A stretch of 53,053 nt of DNA, from IMG/VR virus record IMGVR_UViG_3300006919_000073, positions 1-53,053 of that record; one strand, 5' to 3'. The first letter of the stretch is position 1, and each line of letters starts with the position of its first letter. The stretch is from a virus. Its lineage: Duplodnaviria > Caudoviricetes. Of the stretch, positions 29,001 through 37,644 are shown one piece after another. The notes below the pieces were generated by a model. It was not told where the DNA came from. It searched no databases and saw nothing but the letters and a program-made list of their open reading frames with translations. Position numbers and translations under genes: made by a program.

Positions 29001-32000
29001 CAGGTTCCATCAAATCTTGGAACATCTTCTGTGCATGCTTGGGAGCAGTGTATTGCCACCGCAGTTTACCGCTACCGTCCTTACTACTATTCTGAATAAG
29101 GTTATCCTGGTAGTTGGACAAGACCGCAATGAACCCCGCGATAGCAGGACGTGCACTTTCCCTGTCTTGCCCTGGATCAGTAATCGCTAACGTCTTGTCT
29201 TCCGATTCCAAGGCCTCTTGCATACCCATACGGAATGCTCCAAACAAGCTCTTGGCAGACTTCGGATTCACCAAGTCTTTCTCAATACCGCGCATAACCT
29301 CCACACCCAAACCAGAAGTCATCCGGTTGCGGCTTGTCAAAGCCTGTGGAGGGATGTTCATACCCAACTCAACAGCAAACAATCGGCTCAACTCTTGAGC
29401 AGCCTTTGCAGGATCGCTATTGTCTGTAGCAATCTTCTCCATTGCCGTGATGAACGACTTCAACTTTACATCATTCACCAATACAGTTCCATCCGGCTGT
29501 CGGGTATAGAAGCCTTTGATGATGAACTGGCTCTCCAGCTCTTTCATCACAAACTCCGTCATATTGGTATCGTTACTGCTGAACTGGTAGACGTTTGCTG
29601 CCCGTCCTGGATTCGGCCCAACTGATGCCTCGCCCTTGTCAACCTTCAGGCTCAAGAACTCTGCAATGTTCTTTGCCATGCCGACTACAAACTGGTTGCG
29701 CATCATATCGATACGGTCCAGCTCATTCTCCTTAAACGCGCTGTTTTCCACAGACGCGTCATCCAGAATGTTTAGAACCACCTGGAAGTATGGGTAGGTG
29801 CCCACATTCTCCTCCAGACGCTTCTTCATTGCCGGCCAGTTGTACTTAGCCCCAGCCATAGCTTGATTGAGGTGTCCAATCAAAGTGCGCTGGTTCACAA
29901 ACTTGCGCCCTAACGCTCCTACCGTAGTGGCATTGCTATGCACATGCTGCACAGTCATCAATGCCAACTTTAGTTCAAAGCGTAACGCTGCCTGTGGATC
30001 TACACCAAATGCAAAGTTGTCATCGAATGCAGCCATAGGATTGGCATCACGCTCAATATCCTCTGCAGTCTTGGCTTGACCTTCTACCACCTCATCGCGA
30101 TCCTGCTGCAATTCACGCACAGCATCTGCCAGTGTACCAGCTTCAAGCTTTACAATACCACGTGACTCTCGCAACAACTCCAAGAAGCCCAAGTCCATCA
30201 AGCGGTCGAAGCGCTTGTCCTCCAGCATCTTGTCAAACGTCTCGATGAAACGCTTTGCCTGCTCATACTTAGGATGCTCAGGCTGCTGGACTACCAGTTT
30301 AGCTGCCGCATATCCGGGCAACTCTAAGATGTCATTACGCACCTGACGCTTAAGGTCATCTGCCTTAATGCCTTCAATACGACCCGTGGTCTTACTATGC
30401 CGAAGCATACGTGTCGCCAGTCGACCGGTGATGAAGTTCAGTGCATCTTGTGTAACCTTTTGCGTCAAACCTTCAACAGAATACAGCTTACCTGCACGTT
30501 GCATAGGGCTGTCCTCATCAAAGTTCTCAGGCAACAAATCCAAATCCGCGAACTGCTCAAATTGCAAGAGCTGCTCTGGCGTAAGCTCTACCGGCTTGGC
30601 TTCAGTATCAGTACGATCAGTTGGCACTTCCACATCGCCCAACTCGATAGTCAGCCGCTCTACTGGATTACCGTAAGTCTTACCATCAATGACCAAAGGC
30701 ACACGTTCGTCAAACGACATGTGGTTCAGGTAGTATTGCTTAACGCTTACCGGACGATCGACTTGCACAATGCCCGTTTCACCGTCAACCTTAAAGCCTT
30801 CAAAGACTTGGCTCACATTGTCACGGTGCTCAAACGAAGTATTGCGACGCATAGCAGCAATGCGCTTGACTGCCTGAGCCTGAAAGCTCTTATTTGACAG
30901 CTTGTGCGAGCGTAAGAAACTACGCATCTGCTTGCCCGTATTCTTAGACTCAAACGTTGCAACATCATCATAGATACGCAGGCCTGGATCAACAGCACTA
31001 GGGTAGTAAATGAGAGCTGGACGCTTACCATAGGTTTTGTGCTCAGTAGAACCCACTTCACTATGTGTGCCGTTCTCGAGCATCAGGTACTGCTTAAGAA
31101 CACTGTGGAAGCTATCGACGAGACGCTTGTTATCGATGACGCCTGCTGCATTCCGGATATCCCATCCGAATGCCTCCTCCATGTTCTTCACAGTTGCATT
31201 CGCTGCATCCAGTGTCAGACCCATAGATTCATTCACCTTACCAGTGACCACCAGGGCCACAGCTCTTTCAGCAGCCAGCAATCCAAACGCCAACTCGTCG
31301 CCAACCGCACGCATATTAGCGGGAACGTAGAACAGGTCTCCACTCGCATTATCCTTGACAATTGCATATGGCTTGCTCAGAATATTCCGACCGCTATTGG
31401 TCAAGGGTTCTGACGCCATTGTCATATCCGGACGCGTGAAGAACTGGAACTCCTCTTGCTGACCGCGAGTGCTCCAAGCACCAATGTCAACTAAGTTCTC
31501 TTCTGTCAATACATCCTTAGCATCGCGAGGCTGTTCAATGCGTGTTCCCCCATACTCTGCCCGCGTAACAACCTTTACGCGAGCTGTACGTGGCTCAGCA
31601 AGTGATAAGAACAAGTCGTTTGTATCTGAGGTGCGCGGCTCAGTACGGAAGATGTTGCCACGGACACTGTAGTGAATTACGTCCGTCAAAACACCATCGA
31701 CCTCCTCTCGCCCTCGAGTCAGAGTGACCTCTTCTCCTACACGAACCCCATTTTGCGTGATGTCCTGTGATGCCTCTGGGTAGCGTGGATTCAGCTCGCC
31801 CGTCATACGCGGGTCGTCTACCACCACCTTCAAAGTGTACTCCTTTTTCTCTACCGCAGGATTTTCTGGCTCACTGTTGTCTACAGGCTGGGCACTCTGC
31901 TGCTCCTCATCGGCTACCTGTGCAGGTGACTTGCCTTGAGGTTCAGTAGGCACTACCGCTACAGGCTTCTTTTGAGATGGATCTACATCCTCTGCAACCT

Positions 32001-34938
32001 CCTGCTGCTCCTCAACCTCAGTCTCAGTATTTGCAGCTTCAGCAGGCGACACTCCCTCTGGCACCTCAGTAGTCTCAGGAGCTGGCTGGCTCAAGTCTTC
32101 AAACATGGCAGCACTTGGTGGCTGAAAACCCGGAGGTCCGTCCATACCATCAGGTGCTTCTTCGGCTTGCTGCTGTGCTTCAGCGGGTGACATACCCCGT
32201 GGCGTGTCTTGGTCTTCCCCTAAGTCCGCCGCTTCAGCACGACGTTCTTCTTCCATTGCCTCTTCCTCCTCATCCTCGGCACGCTTCACAACAGAACGCA
32301 CACTGTTCTCCATACGTGCGATAAACCGCTCGTAGCCTCCAGGCTTAGTCAAGTCGTTGAACGCCTCAATCATTTCCTGACGATCACGAGCAACTTCACG
32401 CAAATCCTCGCGCAGTTCCTCAATCTCAGTCATATCGACCTCAGTAACTCCACGCTTGCCCATAGCGGCAAGAGCACGGTTGTAGTTCACCAAGTCATCC
32501 AGCTGCTGATTGAAGCCTTCTAAATCGTAGTTATATGCGCCCGCCTTACCCTTAGCCCGGTATCCTTTGCGCAGTGCCTCTTTTTTCTCGAGCAGCTCTT
32601 TCAGCTTTGCATTACGCTCCTCGCTCTGTTCGGCAGACTCTACCTCATCAATCTCGTCCTCAATAGCTGTGAGCTTATCAATCTCAGCTTGGGTCATGCT
32701 AAGCTCTAACTCAAGCTGCGTACCATCTAAAATGGCATCACCATTCATGCCTTTGATGCGCTCTGATAATGATTCCGCAATGGCTTTCTCACGAGCATCA
32801 CGGTCTTTGGTATTGTACACCAAGTTGGCAATAGCATTGAGAGCGTCATGGTTTTCGCCACGGTAGATCTCTCTAGCCTTACGGTACGCATCCCGCACCT
32901 CATTCATACGCTTAGAGTACTGCTCGTATGCCTGGGTTTTACGCGAACGCAACTCCTCATCGGTCATATCCTGTGCAGCAGACCCTAACATCTCACGGTA
33001 GTCCTCAACAGACATACTATCAAGAAGCTCTTTGGCTTCAATCAAGCTGTCTTCAAATCGACCGGTAAGAATCTTACTGCTCGCATGAGAGAAGATAGAG
33101 TTGGCTTCATTGTCCTTGAGACCTTTGAAGTCATTCTGGTTCGCCATAATATCTGCCTGACGTACCAACCCTCGCTGCGTAACAGCATTATTCAACTCAG
33201 CAGCCAAGTGATTACCTACGTCACCTTCTTGCTCGTGCAGCTTGATGATGCGATCCATCACAGCATCACGCTCAGCATTGTCTTTCTTCACCTGAGTAAA
33301 GCCGCCGACAAATGCAGGACGTACCTTCTTACCTGTTTCAGGGTCGACTTCGCTGTAAGCATTGGCAATCATGATGTTAGGGATACCAAAGGCTCCCAAC
33401 AGCATACCAATACCTACCTCTTTCAAACCTTCAGCCGTACCATAGCTACCCTTAATACCCTCAATAAAACTACTGACAAGGTTTTCGGTATCCTTATGGT
33501 TACGGGGGTCATACCGGTGTGAGATATAGTCCTCAAAGCCGCGACTAATCACACCCTGTCCACCCTCTTCAACTAAGCCTTCATACAGTGCAGTACCTGC
33601 TACACCTGTACCTGGTGTCAAGCGACGCAAGTTTCGACCTGTCCGTGTGGCGCGGCTAGCATCTACGAGACGAGGTAACTGTCCCTCTTTGATGCCCATA
33701 CGCTTTGCCATCTGCTGACGTGCCTTAGCAGTCAGCTTAGTCGTATCTACAAACTTCGTCTGACGCAAACCGTTACGTAAGCCACTGCCAAAAAGCTTCG
33801 GGAACATCAGCATGTTCGAGGCTCCTACCAGTGCCATATTCGCCATGAATGCAGTATTACCGTATCCAGTAATCTCATCACGGAACGCTTCCTCCATCTC
33901 TGGCGTGTAAGAACCTTCGCCATTCTCCAACTCATACTCACGCTTATGATCTTCGCCTGCCGCGTTCATCATGTGGCGAGCTTCCATACCAGCCTCCATA
34001 CCAGCACCGGTAAGCAACTGACGACTCATACGTCCAGCAGCTGTCAACCCTGCTTTACGCGCTCCAGCTGCACCGCTTGCACGAAGTCCTGCCTCTGCCG
34101 CTTCACGAGTAGCCGAAGATGCCAACTGCGCTTCTGCTCGAACCACATCATCCAGCAGTTGTGTGCCAAGAACCCGCTTACCGCCAGTAACTGCTTTCTT
34201 CAACAGACGTGTACCGCGTGCAACGATACCTGCTGTAGCTGCAGCCTGAGCAGGTGCTGCACCTCCCAGTGTCAATGCAGTAGCCGCCGACAGTCCAAGC
34301 TCAGTAAGAATTGCACCAGCCACAAACGATACACCGCCAAGAACGTCATCGAATACAAAGTTGGTAACCTGCTGCATCCCGCTTTGATTACCACCACGCT
34401 TAATGTCAAAGTACTTATCGTACTCTTCTTGCGCATTATCTAAAGCGTTAGAAACCGCGTTGTCGTAAATCTTGTGGAACTCCCCATTGACTACCATACT
34501 AGGCAAGCCATAGAGTAACGTCGCAAAGCCTTGTGCAACATTGATACCGGTGTCCCCTACAAACTGGAACATACCGTTGCGAATCTTTTCTAAGTTGCCC
34601 TGCGCAGCTTGTGAACGGTTGTACACATCCTCAATGCCGGTATTGGTAAAGCCGTCATCTAACCCACTTACACGGGTAGACAGACCGCCCAACCACTTCT
34701 GATCTTTGAACTGGTCAAAGTCAATGTCTTGTTGCGCATCAAATGCATTATTGATTCCAAAGACACCGTCCTTAGATTCATACAGCATATCACTGAACTG
34801 ACCTAAGTCTAATTCAGAGCTTTTCTGTTCCTCTACGGGTTCCGGTTGACCCTGCAATGCATCACGAATCTCGTCTTCAGTGATGTTAGTATGCAGGCCA
34901 AGATTTACGAGGTTGTTTTTATCAGCCATTGATGCCAA
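20029..34938 (-). CDS. giant virion protein containing a crAss-like DNA-dependent RNA polymerase and a zincin-like domain
   Basis: 4969 aa; YRIPGQ and catalytic GQDYDIDK (DxDxD, 26497-26514), as in the phi14:2 gp66-type RNAP; LAHEMVH HExxH at 23875-23889. Confidence 0.88.
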   Translation of the reverse strand: MASMADKNNLVNLGLHTNITEDEIRDALQGQPEPVEEQKSSELDLGQFSDMLYESKDGVFGINNAFDAQQDIDFDQFKDQKWLGGLSTRVSGLDDGFTNTGIEDVYNRSQAAQGNLEKIRNGMFQFVGDTGINVAQGFATLLYGLPSMVVNGEFHKIYDNAVSNALDNAQEEYDKYFDIKRGGNQSGMQQVTNFVFDDVLGGVSFVAGAILTELGLSAATALTLGGAAPAQAAATAGIVARGTRLLKKAVTGGKRVLGTQLLDDVVRAEAQLASSATREAAEAGLRASGAAGARKAGLTAAGRMSRQLLTGAGMEAGMEARHMMNAAGEDHKREYELENGEGSYTPEMEEAFRDEITGYGNTAFMANMALVGASNMLMFPKLFGSGLRNGLRQTKFVDTTKLTAKARQQMAKRMGIKEGQLPRLVDASRATRTGRNLRRLTPGTGVAGTALYEGLVEEGGQGVISRGFEDYISHRYDPRNHKDTENLVSSFIEGIKGSYGTAEGLKEVGIGMLLGAFGIPNIMIANAYSEVDPETGKKVRPAFVGGFTQVKKDNAERDAVMDRIIKLHEQEGDVGNHLAAELNNAVTQRGLVRQADIMANQNDFKGLKDNEANSIFSHASSKILTGRFEDSLIEAKELLDSMSVEDYREMLGSAAQDMTDEELRSRKTQAYEQYSKRMNEVRDAYRKAREIYRGENHDALNAIANLVYNTKDRDAREKAIAESLSERIKGMNGDAILDGTQLELELSMTQAEIDKLTAIEDEIDEVESAEQSEERNAKLKELLEKKEALRKGYRAKGKAGAYNYDLEGFNQQLDDLVNYNRALAAMGKRGVTEVDMTEIEELREDLREVARDRQEMIEAFNDLTKPGGYERFIARMENSVRSVVKRAEDEEEEAMEEERRAEAADLGEDQDTPRGMSPAEAQQQAEEAPDGMDGPPGFQPPSAAMFEDLSQPAPETTEVPEGVSPAEAANTETEVEEQQEVAEDVDPSQKKPVAVVPTEPQGKSPAQVADEEQQSAQPVDNSEPENPAVEKKEYTLKVVVDDPRMTGELNPRYPEASQDITQNGVRVGEEVTLTRGREEVDGVLTDVIHYSVRGNIFRTEPRTSDTNDLFLSLAEPRTARVKVVTRAEYGGTRIEQPRDAKDVLTEENLVDIGAWSTRGQQEEFQFFTRPDMTMASEPLTNSGRNILSKPYAIVKDNASGDLFYVPANMRAVGDELAFGLLAAERAVALVVTGKVNESMGLTLDAANATVKNMEEAFGWDIRNAAGVIDNKRLVDSFHSVLKQYLMLENGTHSEVGSTEHKTYGKRPALIYYPSAVDPGLRIYDDVATFESKNTGKQMRSFLRSHKLSNKSFQAQAVKRIAAMRRNTSFEHRDNVSQVFEGFKVDGETGIVQVDRPVSVKQYYLNHMSFDERVPLVIDGKTYGNPVERLTIELGDVEVPTDRTDTEAKPVELTPEQLLQFEQFADLDLLPENFDEDSPMQRAGKLYSVEGLTQKVTQDALNFITGRLATRMLRHSKTTGRIEGIKADDLKRQVRNDILELPGYAAAKLVVQQPEHPKYEQAKRFIETFDKMLEDKRFDRLMDLGFLELLRESRGIVKLEAGTLADAVRELQQDRDEVVEGQAKTAEDIERDANPMAAFDDNFAFGVDPQAALRFELKLALMTVQHVHSNATTVGALGRKFVNQRTLIGHLNQAMAGAKYNWPAMKKRLEENVGTYPYFQVVLNILDDASVENSAFKENELDRIDMMRNQFVVGMAKNIAEFLSLKVDKGEASVGPNPGRAANVYQFSSNDTNMTEFVMKELESQFIIKGFYTRQPDGTVLVNDVKLKSFITAMEKIATDNSDPAKAAQELSRLFAVELGMNIPPQALTSRNRMTSGLGVEVMRGIEKDLVNPKSAKSLFGAFRMGMQEALESEDKTLAITDPGQDRESARPAIAGFIAVLSNYQDNLIQNSSKDGSGKLRWQYTAPKHAQKMFQDLMEPVLDDKGQLVTDANGNAVFAVDMEADWTLRNNPLLMSMRRRKNRPYVKFGYVDGIKMLAGFGDVRDFHKMEPGDRLFARLAYFGNNNTYIDGGRQMYSRHMMPTLADKHTMPLIQVPSLTLKMKGLTVEPAGEQRLPAEYRVSDFFNVQEAYDTTIRASIDLELARIRAVQAKKKGEVFATLDAKQQRNDRFVLMPALNGMQDRTDAEIHRAARDIYEAQLDKSYRKAMEDAEGMLYELGDENTISRFNFFDPSKKEFDYVRRHVGMELSDFRDNDMNKQHAFMGFVAKYVIEAMHFNTNVTTALLGDPGAFAKGSAEQTATNMGKRFAALIAPGNVIPEVSYTAMRATYDEDGKPVLKNGKPVLEEVKDVNNKTVRSLVMPERKISESAHLSYLKELGMTEEQLDAYRGYDTADAAEYTTAEEHLSILYAQGKIGRKEFEGILRKVNEGVPLNNQERGWFQPMKPVTVERKDGHLLYIKSASFPLVPGLTKNQSLDELRQFMEANNIQRAAYTSALKVGNPFADMVDVHDAEGKVEIQDGLKDQVIQYKRESVRIQQEVPVSKSTEKVHGSQVAKLILANMANEDVEFELDGETVSGRDLYYEYMEARSQEQRARMDIFASKYDMRVENGNLVQGPEYAKRMAARIVEEAIDRNYDVNELAHLQYDEKTGTFFTPLSQGPSAQRIEQLLISILRKELIEPKISGFSGPIRPETGMQYQTLDGMDASDIVWVKKGKSKLFNGKKLKVAQYEQPNQIIMPWKYAGKLEQFKNEDGTIDMDSLPQEIFQVLAYRIPGQKKASSASFEIVGFLPKSYGDTLIVPEELVGQIGQDYDIDKMFGFLYETSLVDGALQVARGGSEVGTAEERRKSARNRQIDVYHASLRSQDATALLERHSPVTDGYSEELGQQLGLMREATGMPMAYEYNDLKADVARSAKDAIGVFASQNVLHAQIEQMSAGVGAMQYLRDTKFGPVLLHVNIQVDRDNEMKDSHKARYFGVTDIHDDTFLLDYETQPTKITRQEQFSRLLNHAVDNENNQLLAKLNINSQTWGYWSALTNMGYNMETIGIFMATPLVQAATADQSALRQLTGARQSSQYQTMLDQAMNTLREAGFADAQRVSEALSSGRLPRLNKTDLLAMVQGEQMPEVEKAAMTFQLHMALNNLDQVGRALGKFAKAMKFDTKMPKTRSEIDMEREVAAQALRQTAQGADAKGLKETVDNLESQLLSMTVSGQVYSDLNAMIQEVLDLPGESVYRTPLYQEMMGKAVELMNSEDENSTGDMYLSPEFAQDYLNMAKGYLYAQWAEKVGGRSAAELRQEFFTSENNMAARLISAKAAKAEVRNNLFIKHLIAEVNPAKGYPRVSFQGDRQVNVSPIEMHAAFLALATSKDAAVRQLAEDLVVYHLLQGRQLASKGYGKYLPAELLQELGIKEALGFTHEIYAGWRADEAAHDQIMLHMSEHMQYLNKEAMKEHLDFKKKRVKDGMVTREMRYMGWFRTSKGLYKVQEVSNGTRDSFFAFSGPYPAGGSYFATEFTPGQEIQEDHKFTLDINKSNKASSVNGMDSTNDVEPGRPQHTGVTDSSDVPQGMSPAEMAAQSMDMPAAPAADVPQGMSPAEQAAMESAAQGQSREMSVSEFVTQEIGDGVLKNRLLRQLLAFESKLPKERQVKVVVADMDNVGGYNRGTHTLKLQKQLVESGNTSRLVRVLAHEMVHAYTSDVMSMNAAQRKGVPAEVKEAIAKVEKVYTQLTTSPELLNAMGLNLDDLNKFKRGIQVRKQVLSGELPLMAMRADLVASEAYDFAMDKENMKKYYGFTSAKEMVAELLSRPEFAQQLSQIKLSQNETWLDRIVKYIGEILEGLGVQVKTGTYAHEAAALTMDLIQKNAKARGVTIKTLDLSMDQNDVASDDLIDDLLETDIDDFSLDTQTLAKLIDYKRKRIRELKEMRSRYKNDKYLVKRLNERIGLEERELSVLRDDSEGGASLEMIVDMANRELDDAENVVRGANTTGDVRLAQSALQNALSVIEFYADARGIIDKRGPIRDEMNKLVARAATLREDYFEKATAILRAQAKARFRGTAGEKYVKSDSFEKIDDIGGLVSYFMDASRQGRIELSFLDGVMKEAVRQQQVAFNDRAKSYMDKTKAMQEGAYFKKHGFEGFVMKDKDGNPMPLILTIVGGKWEAAHNQARAGKDNKPGEYYKWLHANTGRMDVDRLFDYSGDTVVRKDNLSYQLSLEKTYGKYGAEEMITRQEVLLQQFVDARNAEFDIIDVEVTDVAEREKLKKEWVAQNDPSLHKKYIDGKTRAPKGARNSYLFNMPKKEYHDERFIEMQEDAAAVAYYKEYRKQMKEMMAILPMHKMGNAVDQSQIQSGLFLPAIKRSMINDVMKGDFSGLSKDAVTDSMLRAMTVTEEDLQSQLIDPVTGAKREELPVWFTNKLKSEDYEYNMDRTFLAFAMMATTYESKNKIEDTVRMTRGVMSQAQITQQNSFGRQILSKMGVPLASRTAEDRTRIMRVVDTMVNQFYGHTTIKDVTVNAPRRMWTADDKEKIAKLEEKLRDARTDEERAQIQQQIDAATPKLSAAKTAYGMQQWIQAKGMGWNLPAAATNLLYGTLAVEQYGAGQQEFGPRAARKALATMMHSSLNNLTLNKGYTQTATAKKIQGMMITLDVLKDFTEIRFDPSQYAKNASEAGISAASTMGIKKLRMYEIQRSSEYFVYGAGTMAVLLETKVNGKSLWEQMDENGIIQIDGYRPGEEKHAQLVNKIDQVNKRIHGNYDPNSPIAIKKTFYGPLLMQFKSWLPEAIAQRMEKERYDPYLDRNVKGRWWTLMEHRKSLHKMLLPLMVPVLGRKHQFSDDVSQVDQENMRKSAANFRHMMYLYFMIQAIQALLDDEDDDETLSKYTLNYLMNVMNRAHNDQTAFMNPLAFDKLVGGGKIAALDTMNQLAKLTEATWDTAWGEPTIETGVYAGKSKMLHHGGKLIPHSAAIQRQIRNLDRVLNN

Positions 34939-36454
34939 GATTCTTCATGATTTGCATGCCTAAGATCTGACGAACTTCTGCTTCACTCGATACAATAACA
35001 GGTTTTCCTCCCACGGTCGCACGTGTACCATCCTGGTTATAGATGGCATACATTCCGTCTTCTTTCTTCACGTCAAGTTGTGCAACTCCAGAGCTGAACT
35101 CATTCATCTCATTGTTGACGGCAAAGGCATGCAAATCTGGAGCGTACATCGATCCATACAATGGAATTGCAGCCCGTCGTACCACACTCGTGGACTGGTT
35201 GAAGTTAGCGAGCTGTGCATTAAAGCCGCCCATATTCTCCGTAACGTTGGCAATGTCACCAGCATTCATCTCAACGTAAGTCTTACCGCCAGCAATACGA
35301 TTGCCCTTGCTATCTACGGTCTTCATATTCAGCTCCAGTACAGGTAAGCCATTAGGCCCAACATTACCAGTTAATCGAACCGCTTCGATGTCATCATCAC
35401 TAATAGGTTGTGCTGAACCTTTGCGCGGCACAAAGTTGTTGAATTCGTCTAACGGTACAATGTCTCTATCACCTTGATACAGGAAGCGCAACTGGTTATC
35501 TAAACCACTGTCTTTAGCCTGGTCATCAAAGCTAATAGTTACCTGATCCGGACTCTCTAAATCTCCATCGGTAATCACGGTACCCCCTTGACCGCTGGCA
35601 AGGATTGCTTTGTTCTTAAGATTGCTATACTGGCCTCCGCTGTCAAAGTCCGTCTTGGTTGCACGGCCTCCACCTAAGTAGCGCTTACCGGTAGTGTACA
35701 GCTGGTTTTGCAACTCTTGAATTACCATACCCTTCTCTTCATTCGTGAGTCGAGTGTATGGCACAGCTTCCCCTCCGCGCTGACGTGCAGAAATCTGTTG
35801 AGCTAAGAAGTTTACATGCGTCCGCCCACCTGGTGTTCCTTGGTAGTAGTTCAGTGCGCCGTTCTCAGGGTCTTGAATAAACTCTTGCAAGGCTGCATCG
35901 CTCTTTACGATGTCCGTATTGCTACGGAAGACCTGATCCATAGCCTTACCAAAGTCTGGAATGCGTGTAGGAACCCCATTAAACTGGCGTACCTCATTGG
36001 TATTCGGGTCTACCGTACTAAAGAACTGCCCCATATCGCCGTCCATCATAACATTCTCCGTTCCCAACTGAGCAACCAATGCACGGTATTTAGCATCGGC
36101 CTCTTGATAGCGCTTGGTGTTATTACGTACAGCAGCGTATGTCTGGTCCCCCATCATATCGGAAACCATCTTCTTGATTTGACGTGAATACCCTGGCAAG
36201 TTCTTTTCCTTACTTGCCTGCTCGATACTCGCATCAACCTGATTCCACATATTCTGCAGAAACGCTTTATCTCCTTCTGGAGCCGCCGCAATCTGGTCAG
36301 CCAGCACCTGCTTCATCTTGCTTGTAGCCTGCTGAGTCTGCATGGCCTGCCGATCTAAGCGATCATACAGACGCGCTACAGATTGTGTAGGTACGCCCAC
36401 CATGCTGGGCTTGTACTCAACGAATTTTGGAATCTGTGGTAAGTATACAGCCAT
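34922..36454 (-). CDS. putative internal virion (ejected) protein
   Basis: 510 aa immediately upstream of the virion RNAP gene, the position of crAss-like cargo genes. Confidence 0.6.
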   Translation of the reverse strand: MAVYLPQIPKFVEYKPSMVGVPTQSVARLYDRLDRQAMQTQQATSKMKQVLADQIAAAPEGDKAFLQNMWNQVDASIEQASKEKNLPGYSRQIKKMVSDMMGDQTYAAVRNNTKRYQEADAKYRALVAQLGTENVMMDGDMGQFFSTVDPNTNEVRQFNGVPTRIPDFGKAMDQVFRSNTDIVKSDAALQEFIQDPENGALNYYQGTPGGRTHVNFLAQQISARQRGGEAVPYTRLTNEEKGMVIQELQNQLYTTGKRYLGGGRATKTDFDSGGQYSNLKNKAILASGQGGTVITDGDLESPDQVTISFDDQAKDSGLDNQLRFLYQGDRDIVPLDEFNNFVPRKGSAQPISDDDIEAVRLTGNVGPNGLPVLELNMKTVDSKGNRIAGGKTYVEMNAGDIANVTENMGGFNAQLANFNQSTSVVRRAAIPLYGSMYAPDLHAFAVNNEMNEFSSGVAQLDVKKEDGMYAIYNQDGTRATVGGKPVIVSSEAEVRQILGMQIMKNLGING

Positions 36455-36456
36455 GA

Positions 36457-37644
36457 TTATTGTTGTCTGTAGCCAGTAATATTACCTGCAGCATCATAAA
36501 TAGGCACCATGCCCCCTTGAGACTGACCTCCGGTTGCAGCTTGTTGTGCATTCATTGCTCCAGTATCGAACTGGCGACCAATGCCCTCCAGGGTATTAGC
36601 CATGTTAGTCTGGTAGATATTCTTTAAGTAGTCCTGTGCAGCCCCACTAATAACACTCAGTGGCTGCTGCTTTACTGCTGCTTGAGCTTGCGTCATAGCA
36701 TTGTCAAAATTAACCTGATCCTGCGCATACTGATTCAACATAGCGTTGTTCGTATTGCGGACCTGATTAGCCATCATCTCATAGCGGTTCAGTGCCTGCT
36801 GACGCATCTGCTCATCTGTCTGACGGATACGTGCTTCCTGCTGCAAACGCTGAGTATTCAAACTCTGCGCCAGTGCTGCTTGCTGTGTACCCTGCAAGTT
36901 GGTATTTGCACCAGCAGCACGTGAAGCCTCACGAGCATCCATCAACTGTTGCCCCACATTACTGCGGTAATCAAAGTTTGCAATTGTATTGAGGTTGGGA
37001 CGAGCTGGCCCCTCCATAGAGTTCAACGCACGCCGCTGGATACCTGCACTAGCTAAACTTGCTAAAGCCGGTACTGCCATAAGCGGAGACATCTTACCCA
37101 TATCGATGTTGTACTTATCGCCTTCACCCATGTCAAAGTCCTTCACAGGAGTTTCATCAGGCAACCCAGCTACCTTCTCCCCACCAATCTCTTCACCGCC
37201 TCCAACAGGATCTGTCTTAACTGGTGGCACCGTATCGATACCATCATCCAAGACATCATCTGTTACATCGCTTGTATCAGGAGCTTGACTACCGAACTGA
37301 CGTGGGTCAAACTGCGGGAAGTATGTCATACCCGCCTGCAAGCCTAATCGCTCTAATGCCATAGGTGTGCGGGTAAAGATGCTACCGCCGATACCAGAAG
37401 CGCGTTCAATGGTCGGAATAGCAGAGATGGCATCATCCGCTAAACCTAAGGTCTGCGTTTGCATTGCTGTACGTGCAGGCAACCCTGTCATTGGGTTGAT
37501 TGGAGCAAGTGCAGTAGTGCCTTGACGTGTGGTTTGCAGTCCAACGTTACGTACTGCAGGAAGACGTGAGCCAGGTAATGACAACCCTCCAGGTTGCATC
37601 CCTCCAAACTGTCCACCTTTTCCTCCGGCACTACCTGCAGGCAT
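36457..37644 (-). CDS. putative internal virion protein (probably the C-terminal part of the 37488-39956 gene)
   Basis: Gly/Gln/Ala-rich with a coiled-coil; overlaps the upstream ORF by 157 nt. Confidence 0.6.
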   Translation of the reverse strand: MPAGSAGGKGGQFGGMQPGGLSLPGSRLPAVRNVGLQTTRQGTTALAPINPMTGLPARTAMQTQTLGLADDAISAIPTIERASGIGGSIFTRTPMALERLGLQAGMTYFPQFDPRQFGSQAPDTSDVTDDVLDDGIDTVPPVKTDPVGGGEEIGGEKVAGLPDETPVKDFDMGEGDKYNIDMGKMSPLMAVPALASLASAGIQRRALNSMEGPARPNLNTIANFDYRSNVGQQLMDAREASRAAGANTNLQGTQQAALAQSLNTQRLQQEARIRQTDEQMRQQALNRYEMMANQVRNTNNAMLNQYAQDQVNFDNAMTQAQAAVKQQPLSVISGAAQDYLKNIYQTNMANTLEGIGRQFDTGAMNAQQAATGGQSQGGMVPIYDAAGNITGYRQQ

